Part shown: piece by piece, positions 48,362-57,485 of the stretch
Layout: each line of letters opens with the position of its first letter
Numbering within the stretch: the first letter of the stretch is position 1
DNA from: Gammaproteobacteria bacterium
Lineage (GTDB): Bacteria; Pseudomonadota; Gammaproteobacteria; JADZEE01
Direction: 5' to 3'
DNA length: 64,000 bases
Assembly: GCA_050183625.1 (NCBI GenBank)
Contig: JBFXBD010000001.1
Coordinates: 4,989-68,988, forward strand
Position numbers and translations under genes: made by a program
Notes under the pieces: generated by a model
Told to the model about the DNA's origin: nothing
What the model saw: the letters and a program-made list of their open reading frames with translations, nothing else
The model's database searches: none

Positions 48362-48387
48362 GAATAATGATGAATGTCCCCTTTTTC
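48362..48387 (+). repeat. Repeat family A, single copy upstream of the TetR gene
   Basis: GAATAATGATGAATGTCCCCTTTTTC, followed by GTGGGGAGG and ATG 48402. Confidence 0.85.
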
Positions 48388-48401
48388 GTGGGGAGGTTAG
48401 T

Positions 48402-49100
48402 ATGGGAGGCAAGAGCCGGGAACAGGCTCGGGAGACAGGCGTGGCGCGCAATCCGACCAAGCGGGGAACGACCGAACGATCCGCACAGACCCGGCGCAGG
48501 ATCATCGATGTCGCAATCGACGTGTTCGCCGAGCACGGGTATCGCGGCGCGTTCACGCGCGAGATTGCCCGCCGCGCCGGCATCCACCACCCGCTCATCG
48601 TCTATCACTTCAAGGACAAGCTCGGCCTGTGGCGCGAGTGCGCGCATACGATCCAGCAGGACATGGCCACCCAGGTCCGGCAACTGCTGCAGCGCACCGC
48701 CGGCACGGATGCACGCAACCGCCTGGCCAGCTTTCTCACCCAGCTCGTCGAGAACGGCGCGCGTCATACCACCCGGCATCGGTTCATGATGTGGTACCTG
48801 CTGGATCGCCCGCAGGTGGACCCGGCCAGCGCGCGTTCCGCGCTGATGGGCGAAGGCAGCGACGCGTGGATTGGCGAGGTGATCGCCGCGCAGGCGGCCG
48901 GCGTGCTGCCGCGTACGATCGATCCCGTCCTGCTGCAGTACGTCCTCATCGGCATGGCCACGCGCCTGTTCATGGACCCCGACGGCTACTTCTCCCGCAG
49001 CGGCCGCACGGTCACGGATCCGAAGGTGATCGCCGAACAGCGCGACACCATCCTCACCCTGCTCGGCCTGCACCCGCGCCGGAAGCGGGCGAAGCGTTGA
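48402..49100 (+). CDS. TetR/AcrR family transcriptional regulator
   Basis: TRRRIIDVAIDVFAEHGY..TREIARRAGIHHPLIVYHFKDKLGLW. Confidence 0.92.
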   Translation: MGGKSREQARETGVARNPTKRGTTERSAQTRRRIIDVAIDVFAEHGYRGAFTREIARRAGIHHPLIVYHFKDKLGLWRECAHTIQQDMATQVRQLLQRTAGTDARNRLASFLTQLVENGARHTTRHRFMMWYLLDRPQVDPASARSALMGEGSDAWIGEVIAAQAAGVLPRTIDPVLLQYVLIGMATRLFMDPDGYFSRSGRTVTDPKVIAEQRDTILTLLGLHPRRKRAKR

Positions 49101-50325
49101 TCGCACCGGCCGCCGCGAGCGCGGCAATGCGCGCGTCGTCGTAGCCGAGCAGTTCGCGCAGCACCGCGCCGGTATCCGCGCCCATCTCCGGCGCGAGCTG
49201 CGCCGCGAAGGTTTCACCCGCGATCTTGATCGGCGTGGAGGTCAGGTGCAACGTGCCGTAGCGCGGGTGCTGCACCGTGTAGACATTGGCGCGCGCCTGG
49301 AAGTGCGGGTCGCCGGCGATCTCGGCTGGGCGCAGGGCCGGGCCGCCGGCGACGTTGGCGCGAATGAACAGCTCGGTCCACTGCGCCTGCGTGCGGGTGC
49401 GGAAGATCCCCTGCAACTCGGCGCGCAGTGCCTCGTTGCCGGCGGCCTGGTCGTAGTCGCTGCCCGGGAAGCGCTCGATCAGTTCCGGGCGCTGGACCGC
49501 GCGGCAGAAATTCTCGAAGAACTTGCGCTCCGGCGCCTGGAACAGCATCAGGCGATCGTCGCCGGTGAGGTAGTAGGAATAGCGCACGGACTCGTTCAGC
49601 CCGGTCGGCCGGCCGCTGCCCTGGGCGTAGGTCGCGCGCCGGTGCATCAGCGGCTCGTTCATCGCCCACTCGATGCCTTCCTTGTCCCACAGGGCGGCGG
49701 CATCGAGCTCGGCGACGTCGACCACCGCGCCCTGGCCGGTCCGCACCGCGCGCACCAGCGCGCTCAGCACGCCCACCGCCGCCTGCAGGCCGCCGGCGTG
49801 GATCCCGATCGAGACCGGATGCTCCACCGGCAGCCGGACGCTGCCGTCGGCGTGTACGTGCGGCGGCACCAGGCCCGCGTAGGCATCGAAGAACACCCCG
49901 TGCGAGCCCAGGCGCGTGTACGGGCTGTCGCGGCCGGTGCCGGACAGCGTGCAGTACACCAGCGCCGGGTTCGCGGCCTGCAGCCGCGCCAGGCCCAGCC
50001 CCCACGCTTGGAGCGTACCGGCGCGCAGGCCTTCGATGACCACGTGCGAACGGCGCACGAGCTCCAGGAACACGGCCTGGCCCTCGGCGTGCCTGAGATC
50101 CAGGCCGACGCTGCGCTTGCCGCGGTTCCAGGTCAGGTGCAGGAGCGACGGACCGCCGGGCTCGCCCACGGCGGTGGGGCTCACGCCGCGCACGTGATCC
50201 CCGCGCGGGGGCGCTTCGATCTTGATGACTTCGGCGCCCATGTCCGCCAGGTGCTGGCCGACGCTGTCGGGCGCGAGCAGCGAGACCTCCAGGACGCGGA
50301 TGCCGTTCAGCAGCGAATAGCCCAT
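49054..50325 (-). CDS. Single-domain family III CoA-transferase homolog
   Basis: LLNGIRVLE, GAEVIKIE, WNRGKRSVGLDL, EGLRAG and APEMGADT. Confidence 0.88.
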   Translation of the reverse strand: MGYSLLNGIRVLEVSLLAPDSVGQHLADMGAEVIKIEAPPRGDHVRGVSPTAVGEPGGPSLLHLTWNRGKRSVGLDLRHAEGQAVFLELVRRSHVVIEGLRAGTLQAWGLGLARLQAANPALVYCTLSGTGRDSPYTRLGSHGVFFDAYAGLVPPHVHADGSVRLPVEHPVSIGIHAGGLQAAVGVLSALVRAVRTGQGAVVDVAELDAAALWDKEGIEWAMNEPLMHRRATYAQGSGRPTGLNESVRYSYYLTGDDRLMLFQAPERKFFENFCRAVQRPELIERFPGSDYDQAAGNEALRAELQGIFRTRTQAQWTELFIRANVAGGPALRPAEIAGDPHFQARANVYTVQHPRYGTLHLTSTPIKIAGETFAAQLAPEMGADTGAVLRELLGYDDARIAALAAAGAINASPASGAGAGRAG

Positions 50326-50360
50326 GCCCTTCCTTTCAAGGCAAAGTGATGACCACGCCG

Positions 50361-51152
50361 TCAGGAGATCATGAAGCCGCCGTCGACGACCAGCGACTGG
50401 CCGGTGACGTGGGCGCCGCCGTGCCCGGCCAGGTACAGCACGGCCGCCGCCACCGGATCGGCCGAGTCCTTCCAGCCGAGCAGGAAGCGGCGCTCGTCGG
50501 TCGCCGGGCCGGTGATCGTGCCGCTGCGCCCGAGCTGGTTTCCGGTCTCGGTGCGCACGCCGCCGGGCAGGACGGCATTCACCGTGATGCCGTGGCGGAC
50601 CAGATCCAGTGCCGCCCCGCGCACCAGTGCATTCAGCCCGCCCTTGGAGGCGCTGTAGGCGGCATTGCCGTAGGTGGCCGGGTGCAGCGAGGCGATCGAG
50701 GAGATGCAGACGATGCGCCCGCCGCCGCCCTTGCGGATCATCGACTGCGCCGCCGCACGCATGCACAGGAAAGCGCCGCGCAGGTTGACGGAATGGATCC
50801 CGTCCCACTGGGCGGCGGTGGTCTCGGTGAAATACTGCTTGGGAAACACGCCGACGTTGCTGACGAGGATGTCGACCTCGCCGATCGCGCCGGCGACGGC
50901 CTGGAACATGCGCTCCACCGACGGCTCGTCCGCCACATCGACCGGCTGCGCCTGCGCCGAGCCGCCGGCGGCCCGGATCGCAGCGACGGTGCGTTCGGCG
51001 GCGGCTTCGTCCCGATCGGCGACCGCCACCGTTGCACCTGCCGCGGCCAGCAGCGCAGCGATGGCCGCGCCGAATCCGGCCCCGCCGCCGGTGACGACGA
51101 CGACTTTCCCTTCCAGGCCGAACAGCGCGGCCAGGCGCCCGGTGTCGATCAT
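50361..51152 (-). CDS. Short-chain dehydrogenase/reductase
   Basis: TGGGAGFG, YSASK, VNAVLPG and VTGQSLVVDGG. Confidence 0.93.
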   Translation of the reverse strand: MIDTGRLAALFGLEGKVVVVTGGGAGFGAAIAALLAAAGATVAVADRDEAAAERTVAAIRAAGGSAQAQPVDVADEPSVERMFQAVAGAIGEVDILVSNVGVFPKQYFTETTAAQWDGIHSVNLRGAFLCMRAAAQSMIRKGGGGRIVCISSIASLHPATYGNAAYSASKGGLNALVRGAALDLVRHGITVNAVLPGGVRTETGNQLGRSGTITGPATDERRFLLGWKDSADPVAAAVLYLAGHGGAHVTGQSLVVDGGFMIS

Positions 51153-51174
51153 GCGTGTCTCCCGCGAATTCCAA

Positions 51175-52128
51175 TCAGGCCGGCATCGCGCGCCGTGCCG
51201 CGCGTGCATCGGCGATGTATTCGGCCAGCGCCTGTTCGAGGCTGAAGCGCGGTGCGTAGCCCAGTTCCTCGCGCAGCCGCCGCTGGCTCACGAGGAAGTG
51301 GCAGGGCACCGGCTCGGTGCCGGATCGGATCTGCACGCCGGGCAGCAGCCGGCGCAGGATGGCCGTGACCTCGCCGGTGCGTACGCGGTCGGAGGCCATG
51401 TTGAAGATCCGGTGCGCGGGCGCCGGCACGGTCAGCGCCAGGTGGAAGGCGTGTGCCGCATCGGCGGCGTACATCCAGTCGATCACCTGCTCGTCCGGCG
51501 GCATGGTCACCGGCTCGCCGAGCGCGGCGATCTCGGGCAGCACCATGAAGTGGCGCGCGCTCTGCGCCGAGGTGGCGCGCTGGCCGCGCCCCAGGCCGAA
51601 GATCGAAATCGGCCGCATGGCGATGATCTCCAGGCCGTGGCGCGCGCCGTACCATCCGGCGATGCGCTCGTCGAACTGCTTGCACATGCCGTAGAGCGAA
51701 TCCGGATGCGGCTCGGTGTCCTCGTCGACCTCCGCGCCCACCAGTTCGGTCCGCATGCCGTACATCGTCACCGAGGAACCGAACACCACGCGGCGCACGC
51801 CCGCCTGGCGCGCGGCCTCGAACACATTCACGGTGCCCTCGCAGTTGATCCGGATGCCGGCCGGCGGATCCGCGTCCAGGCCGGTGGAGAGCGTGTAGGC
51901 CAGGTGCGCGATCCGATCGACGCCGAACTCCCCGATGACCCCGGCGAGTGCGGCGCGGTCGAGGATGTCGCCGGTGACGATGCGAACGCGGTCCGCGCAG
52001 CGCCCGAGCTTGTCCGGCGCCGGGGCACGGTCGAAGAGCACCACGTCGCGCGCGCCGACGACTTCGACCAGGTGGCGCACGAGATATGCGCCGAGGAAGC
52101 CGGTGCCGCCGGTGACCAGGATGCTCAT
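51175..52128 (-). CDS. NAD-dependent epimerase/dehydratase (extended SDR)
   Basis: ILVTGGTGFLG, HLA, GTVNVFEAAR and YGMCK. Confidence 0.92.
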   Translation of the reverse strand: MSILVTGGTGFLGAYLVRHLVEVVGARDVVLFDRAPAPDKLGRCADRVRIVTGDILDRAALAGVIGEFGVDRIAHLAYTLSTGLDADPPAGIRINCEGTVNVFEAARQAGVRRVVFGSSVTMYGMRTELVGAEVDEDTEPHPDSLYGMCKQFDERIAGWYGARHGLEIIAMRPISIFGLGRGQRATSAQSARHFMVLPEIAALGEPVTMPPDEQVIDWMYAADAAHAFHLALTVPAPAHRIFNMASDRVRTGEVTAILRRLLPGVQIRSGTEPVPCHFLVSQRRLREELGYAPRFSLEQALAEYIADARAARRAMPA

Positions 52129-52976
52129 GAAGCGTGTGCCGTCCAATCGGCGATTTCGGGCCAGTACCGCAGCGCGTTGCCGCCCATGACAAGCGCACGC
52201 GTGGAAGCGTCCTGCGTCGCCAGCAGGACATCGGCGAGTTCCACGATTTGGCGATACGGCAGCGGTGTCTGCGGGTAGTTCGAGCCCCACAGCAGGCGCC
52301 GCGCACCGAAGCCCTCCAGGAGGCGCTCGATCAACGCACGCTCGGCAGCGAAACCGGCGCTGGCCCGCGATCCGTCGTGGCGCACCGCCAGCACGCCGGT
52401 GCTGAACTTCAGCGCCACGTTCGGCAGTGCCGCGAGCGGCAACAGTCGGGACGCGTCGTCCGCCAGCGCCAGGTGATCCAGCAGCAGCGGCAGCGCCGGG
52501 CGGTCGCGCGCCAGCGACGCGACGGCATCCAGGTCCGCGGCCGCGCTCATCACCGTCAGCGGCACGCCGAGCGCCTGGCAGCGATCGACCACGCCGCGCA
52601 CGCGCGCATCGTCCACGCGCAGCGGGCGATCGCCGGGCGAAAGGGCGAAGCCGTTGAACAGGCGCACCCCGCGCATCCCGCCCGCCGTGATCCAGTGTGC
52701 GGCGCGATCCGCGGCGTCGGCCGCGCCCGTGTCGATCGAACACACGCCGGCGAACCGGCCGGGATGGCGGCGGATCGCATCGGCCGCGTAGGCATTGTCG
52801 TACCCGTGGCGCGAGTTCCACTGCACCAGCACCGCGCCGCCGACGCCGCAGGCGGCCAAGGTGGCAAGCAGCGCCTCGGCCGTCTCGCCGGAGGCGCCCT
52901 CGGGCGGCGCGCCCGGCAGGACCGGAAACGGCGCCGCGCCGCTGGAGCGCGAATGCAGGTGCGTATCGACGATCAT
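52125..52976 (-). CDS. Amidohydrolase (lactonase-like)
   Basis: IVDTHLH, HGYDNAY, LDHLA and RLLWGSNYP; ATGA overlaps on both sides. Confidence 0.88.
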   Translation of the reverse strand: MIVDTHLHSRSSGAAPFPVLPGAPPEGASGETAEALLATLAACGVGGAVLVQWNSRHGYDNAYAADAIRRHPGRFAGVCSIDTGAADAADRAAHWITAGGMRGVRLFNGFALSPGDRPLRVDDARVRGVVDRCQALGVPLTVMSAAADLDAVASLARDRPALPLLLDHLALADDASRLLPLAALPNVALKFSTGVLAVRHDGSRASAGFAAERALIERLLEGFGARRLLWGSNYPQTPLPYRQIVELADVLLATQDASTRALVMGGNALRYWPEIADWTAHAS

Positions 52977-55045
52977 GGTTGCGGCGTGCCCCCCTGTGCC
53001 GGCATGCGCCGCAGAACGAGCGCCGCGTTCGGATGCATTTCCACGCTCCAGCCGGGCGGAACGACGGCGGTGGTATCGGGTTCCTCGATGATGACAGGGC
53101 CCGGCACGACGCCGGCGATCCCGCTGCGCGTGGTGACCAGGGTGTCGAGCGTGCCATGCGCCGGGCCGAAGTAGGCCTGCCGCCGGACCGGCGCCGCAGT
53201 GGCGCGCGCCGCGCCGCCTGCCGGGGCGAGCGCATCGAAGCGCAGCGTGTCGGCCGGCGCGATCGCGCGCACGCGCAGGTTGACGAGCATCCGCGTGCCC
53301 TGCGCCACGAATCCGTACTCGCGTTCGTGGTGCTCGTCGAACGCCCGCGACAGCACGGCCGCAAGATCCTCGCGCCGCCCGGGCTCGACCGGGAACGGGA
53401 CGTCCTCGACCTGGTAGGACAGCTTCAGATCGGCGACACGCTCGAAGCGCAGCCGGTCCACGGGCATCCCGAGCCGCGCCATGTCCTCGCGCGCCGTGGC
53501 TTCCAGGGACTCGAAGCGGCGGTACACCTCGCCCACATCCACGCCGTCGAGCGTGCTGACCATCGAGGCCACGTAGTCCAACCGGTAGTCGGCCAGCAGC
53601 AGGCCGAGCGCGCTGAACACGCCCGGCAGCGGCGGCACCACGACGGTTTCGATGCCCAGGGTCTGCGCGAGCGCCGCCGCGTGCAGCGGCCCCGCGCCCC
53701 CGAACGCGACCAGCGTCGCGCGGCGCGGATCGTGGCCACGCTCGGTGGATACGGCGCGCAGCGCCCGCATCATCACCGCATTGGCCACCTGGGTCACGCC
53801 GTAGGCGAGCGGCAGCGCCTGCATACCGAGCCGCGCGGCCAGCGTGTCGAACGCCGCGCGCGCCGCCGGCGCATCCAGGTTCACCGTGCCGTCGGCAATC
53901 GCCGCCGGGTTGATGTAGCCGAGCACGACGTTGGCGTCGGTGACGGTCGGCGCCGTGCCGCCGCGCGCGTAGCACACCGGCCCCGGATCCGCACCGGCGC
54001 TGCGCGGCCCCACGCGCAGGCTGGCGCCGTCGGTCCACGCGATCGATCCGCCGCCGGCACCGACTTCCACCAGATCGAACGTGGGCACCTTCAGCGCATG
54101 GCCGGACTCGCGCGCACGGCCGCCGGCGGTCGACGCCGCGCCGATCTCGACGCTGGAGCGTTCCAGCGGGCGGGCGTCCTGGATCAGGCAGGCCTTGGCC
54201 GTGGTTCCGCCCATGTCGAACGAGAGTACCTCGCCGATCCCCATCTCCGCCGCGAGCCGCGCCGCGGCCAGCACCCCGGCCGCCGGACCGGACTCGACCA
54301 TGAACATCGGCCGCACCCGCGCCGCGGCCGCACTCATGATGCCGCCGTTGGACTGCATGATGTGCAGTTGCGGGCTGTGGCGGGACAGATGCGCCTGCAA
54401 GCCATCCAGGTAGCGCCCCACCACCGGCAGCAGCGCGGCGTTGATGACCGTCGTGGAGGTGCGCTCGTACTCGCGCACCTCCGGGTGGACGTCGCAGGAC
54501 AGGCAGAACGGCAGGCCCGGCGCGATTTCCCGGATCATTTCGCCCAGGCGCCGTTCATGCGCCGGATTCAGGTAGGCGTTGAGCAGGCAGACCGCGATCG
54601 CCTCGACGTCCTGATCCAGCAAGCGGCGGATCGCGGCACGCGCGCCCGCTTCGTCCAGCACGCGGTCCACGCTGCCATCGGCCCGGATCCGTTCGTCCAC
54701 TTCCACGCAGCGCTGGCGTGGGACGAGCGGCTGCGGCGGGCGCCAGGCGATGGAAGGGTTCTGCGGCCCTTTCTGGTTGCGCAGTTCCAGCGTGTCCCGG
54801 AATCCGGCCGTGGTGATGAGGCCGGCGCGCGCGACCGTGCCCTCGATCACGGCGTTGGAACAGATCGTCGTCGCGTGCACGAAGCGCTCGACCGGCTCCG
54901 CGGGGCGGTGGCCGTCGACCCGTGCGGAAATGTCGCCGCCGAGGCGATCGTGCAGCGACAGGACCTTCGCCGATTGCAGCGCGCCGTCCGCCCCCAGGGT
55001 GATGACGTCCGTGAACGTGCCGCCGATGTCGAAGGCGACGCGCAT
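52973..55045 (-). CDS. Hydantoinase/oxoprolinase subunit A (ATP-binding)
   Basis: DIGGTFTD, HATT, EYERTST, ESGPAAG, DMGGTT, GAGGGSIA and FGGAGPLHA. Confidence 0.94.
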   Translation of the reverse strand: MRVAFDIGGTFTDVITLGADGALQSAKVLSLHDRLGGDISARVDGHRPAEPVERFVHATTICSNAVIEGTVARAGLITTAGFRDTLELRNQKGPQNPSIAWRPPQPLVPRQRCVEVDERIRADGSVDRVLDEAGARAAIRRLLDQDVEAIAVCLLNAYLNPAHERRLGEMIREIAPGLPFCLSCDVHPEVREYERTSTTVINAALLPVVGRYLDGLQAHLSRHSPQLHIMQSNGGIMSAAAARVRPMFMVESGPAAGVLAAARLAAEMGIGEVLSFDMGGTTAKACLIQDARPLERSSVEIGAASTAGGRARESGHALKVPTFDLVEVGAGGGSIAWTDGASLRVGPRSAGADPGPVCYARGGTAPTVTDANVVLGYINPAAIADGTVNLDAPAARAAFDTLAARLGMQALPLAYGVTQVANAVMMRALRAVSTERGHDPRRATLVAFGGAGPLHAAALAQTLGIETVVVPPLPGVFSALGLLLADYRLDYVASMVSTLDGVDVGEVYRRFESLEATAREDMARLGMPVDRLRFERVADLKLSYQVEDVPFPVEPGRREDLAAVLSRAFDEHHEREYGFVAQGTRMLVNLRVRAIAPADTLRFDALAPAGGAARATAAPVRRQAYFGPAHGTLDTLVTTRSGIAGVVPGPVIIEEPDTTAVVPPGWSVEMHPNAALVLRRMPAQGGTPQP

Positions 55046-56781
55046 CAGTGCCCGGCCCCGGCCGCGTCGCGGCGATCCCGGCGCCGTGCCTGCGCCGTGG
55101 CGGCGGCGTCCACCCTCCAGCCCACGTGGCCATCGGCGACGACGGCCACGCCGTAGTCGCGCAGCGCCCGCTCCGCGGAGACGCGCTCCTCGCATACATC
55201 GCGCAGCACCGCGGCGGGATCGCGCTCGAAGGGATCGCCGTATCCGCCCGATCCCGCAACGCGGTGTTCCAGCACGTCCCCCGGTCGTGCGTGGAAATGC
55301 TCGAACGCGATCCGCCGCAGTGGCGTGCCGTTCAGGACGTTGCCGCCGACCTCGCCAGGGCGCCCGCCGGCCAGTCCGGAAGACGGCCGCAGGCGATTGG
55401 TGCGCACCATCACGTGGCCTTCGTCCAGATAGCGGAACCGGCGCAGGATGCCCATCGAGCCGCGATGACACCCCGGGCCGCCGGTGTCCGCCAGCATCTC
55501 GAAGCGCTCGACGACGACCGGAAACTCCCGTTCGAGCAGTTCGACCGGCAGTGTCACCGTCGATGACTGCGCCACCGCGTCGATCCCGTCGCCATTGGGG
55601 CGCGCGCCCCAGCCGCCGGAAAACAGATCCTGCAGCGCGCCCATGCGGCCGTCGGTGGTGCGCGCCGTCAGGTGCATCACGTCCCAGGCTTCGCGCGGCA
55701 CCGGCACGCGCTCGGGCGCGGCAACGGACAGCGCGCGGTGCAGGACTTCATCGGTCAGGAAGAACACCGGCGCCCGCCCGCCGGTGGCGGCGGGCCAGTT
55801 TGGATTGGTCAGCGTGCCCGGCGGGGAACTGACCTCGATCGCGTCCATCAGGCCGTCGTTCAGCGGCGCGTCGGGCGCGAGCAGCTCGCGCAGGGTCGAG
55901 ACCACCACGCCGCGCACGTTCTCGAACGGCATGTTCACCCCGCCGCGCGCCTGCGCGCTCGTGCCGGTGAAATCGACCTGCAGGCGGTCGGCACGGACCC
56001 GCAGCGTCACCCGGATCGGCAACCCCTGCTCCAGCGGCCCGAGCCCGTCGTCGGCCAGTTCGACCGCGGCGCCGTAGTCGCCGTCGGGGATGGCGCGGAT
56101 CGCCTCGCGCACCTGCCGCTGGGACAGCTCGTTCAGGTGATCGCAGCAGTCGGCATAGGCATCGAAACCGTAGCGGTCGAGCATCGCACCGAGCGCCTGG
56201 GTCGCCTTCCAGCCGCCGGCCACCTTGGCATCCAGGTCACCCAGGCAGTCCTCGGGCGAGCGCACGTTGGCCACGAGCAGGGTGACCAGATCGGCATTGC
56301 GCCGCCCGCGCTCGTACAGGCGCAGCAACGGGAACCGCACGCCTTCCTCGAAAGCGTTCGTGCACTGGCCGCTCTGGCTGCCGGCGAAGCGGCCGCCCAT
56401 GTCGGTGTGGTGGCTGTAGATCACGGCGAACCCGGCGAGCCGCTCGTGCCGGAACATCGGCGTGACCACCAGCACATCGGGCAGGTGCGAGCCGCCGGCG
56501 TAGGGATCGTTCATGATGTACACGTCGCCCGGCGCGATACCGGCGCCGTAGTGCTGCATCAGGCGCTTGACCTGCATGATGAACAGCGGGGTCATCATGT
56601 TCTGCGAGCCCACGCCGATGCCGCGCCCGCGTTCGTCGCACAGCGTGGCGGCGAAATCGCCGATCTTGACCATCGGCGAGCGCGCCGCCCTGCGCACGGC
56701 GATGCACATTTCCTCCGCGAGCGCCTCCAGCTCGTTGCGAATCACCTCCATCAGCACCGGATCCCGTACTGCTTCCGCCAT
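55045..56781 (-). CDS. Hydantoinase B/oxoprolinase subunit
   Basis: DPVLMEV, NDPYAGGSHLPD, HHTDMGG, DTGGPGCHRG and GSGGYGDPFER. Confidence 0.94.
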   Translation of the reverse strand: MAEAVRDPVLMEVIRNELEALAEEMCIAVRRAARSPMVKIGDFAATLCDERGRGIGVGSQNMMTPLFIMQVKRLMQHYGAGIAPGDVYIMNDPYAGGSHLPDVLVVTPMFRHERLAGFAVIYSHHTDMGGRFAGSQSGQCTNAFEEGVRFPLLRLYERGRRNADLVTLLVANVRSPEDCLGDLDAKVAGGWKATQALGAMLDRYGFDAYADCCDHLNELSQRQVREAIRAIPDGDYGAAVELADDGLGPLEQGLPIRVTLRVRADRLQVDFTGTSAQARGGVNMPFENVRGVVVSTLRELLAPDAPLNDGLMDAIEVSSPPGTLTNPNWPAATGGRAPVFFLTDEVLHRALSVAAPERVPVPREAWDVMHLTARTTDGRMGALQDLFSGGWGARPNGDGIDAVAQSSTVTLPVELLEREFPVVVERFEMLADTGGPGCHRGSMGILRRFRYLDEGHVMVRTNRLRPSSGLAGGRPGEVGGNVLNGTPLRRIAFEHFHARPGDVLEHRVAGSGGYGDPFERDPAAVLRDVCEERVSAERALRDYGVAVVADGHVGWRVDAAATAQARRRDRRDAAGAGH

Positions 56782-57016
56782 GACCACATCCGTCCCGATC
56801 GATTTCCGAGCCAGCGCCGCCGAATCGCATCCGGCGCGGACCCACGCCTGCCGAAGCCGGGCGCTATCGTGTACGATGCTGACCAGCGGGTCAAACAGAC
56901 GCGCGGCGAGGATGCCGGGGGTACCGGGCGCGATGGCCGCCCGGACTTTCCGGGCACCCGGAACACCTGCGCGCACGCGACCATCCACGGCCCGCCACCG
57001 CAGGAGGAACCGAACC

Positions 57017-57469
57017 ATGGCGATCCAGGGGCTTTCCCACATCGGCATCGGCGCCCGCGACATGGCCGGCGCGCTGCGTTTCTACCGCGACCTGCTCGGC
57101 TTCGAGGTCGTGCACGAGATGAAGTACGACGAGATCCCGGAAATCCTGCGCCACCCGGATCGGCTCGCCCGCCACGCGTACTACCTGCGCGCCGGCAACG
57201 TGCTGCTGGTCATCGGCACCACCACCCCGCCAGACGGCAGCCCGATCATGCTCGACGAGGTCGGCAACCACCACGTGGCGTTCTGGGTCGACGACATCGA
57301 CGCCATCCACGCCCGGCTGGTCGGCGCCGGGATCCGCTGCATCAAGGAGCCGCTGACGTTCGAGCCGCAGAACGATTCGTTCAGCCTCGGCGGCGGCATC
57401 CGGATCCGCACCGCGTTCTACAAGGATCCGAACGACATCATGGTCCAGCTCGATCAGCGCATCGGCTGA
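57017..57469 (+). CDS. VOC/glyoxalase family protein
   Basis: SHIGIGARDM..LRFYRDLLGF, HHVAFWVDDI and FYKDPND; AGGAGG Shine-Dalgarno. Confidence 0.9.
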   Translation: MAIQGLSHIGIGARDMAGALRFYRDLLGFEVVHEMKYDEIPEILRHPDRLARHAYYLRAGNVLLVIGTTTPPDGSPIMLDEVGNHHVAFWVDDIDAIHARLVGAGIRCIKEPLTFEPQNDSFSLGGGIRIRTAFYKDPNDIMVQLDQRIG

Positions 57470-57485
57470 CGAGGGAGGCAGGGAC

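Noticed and set aside
49054-49100. 47 bp overlap between the convergent TetR and CoA-transferase 3' ends
   Set aside because: Short convergent overlaps are common in high-GC genomes and there is no evidence of function.
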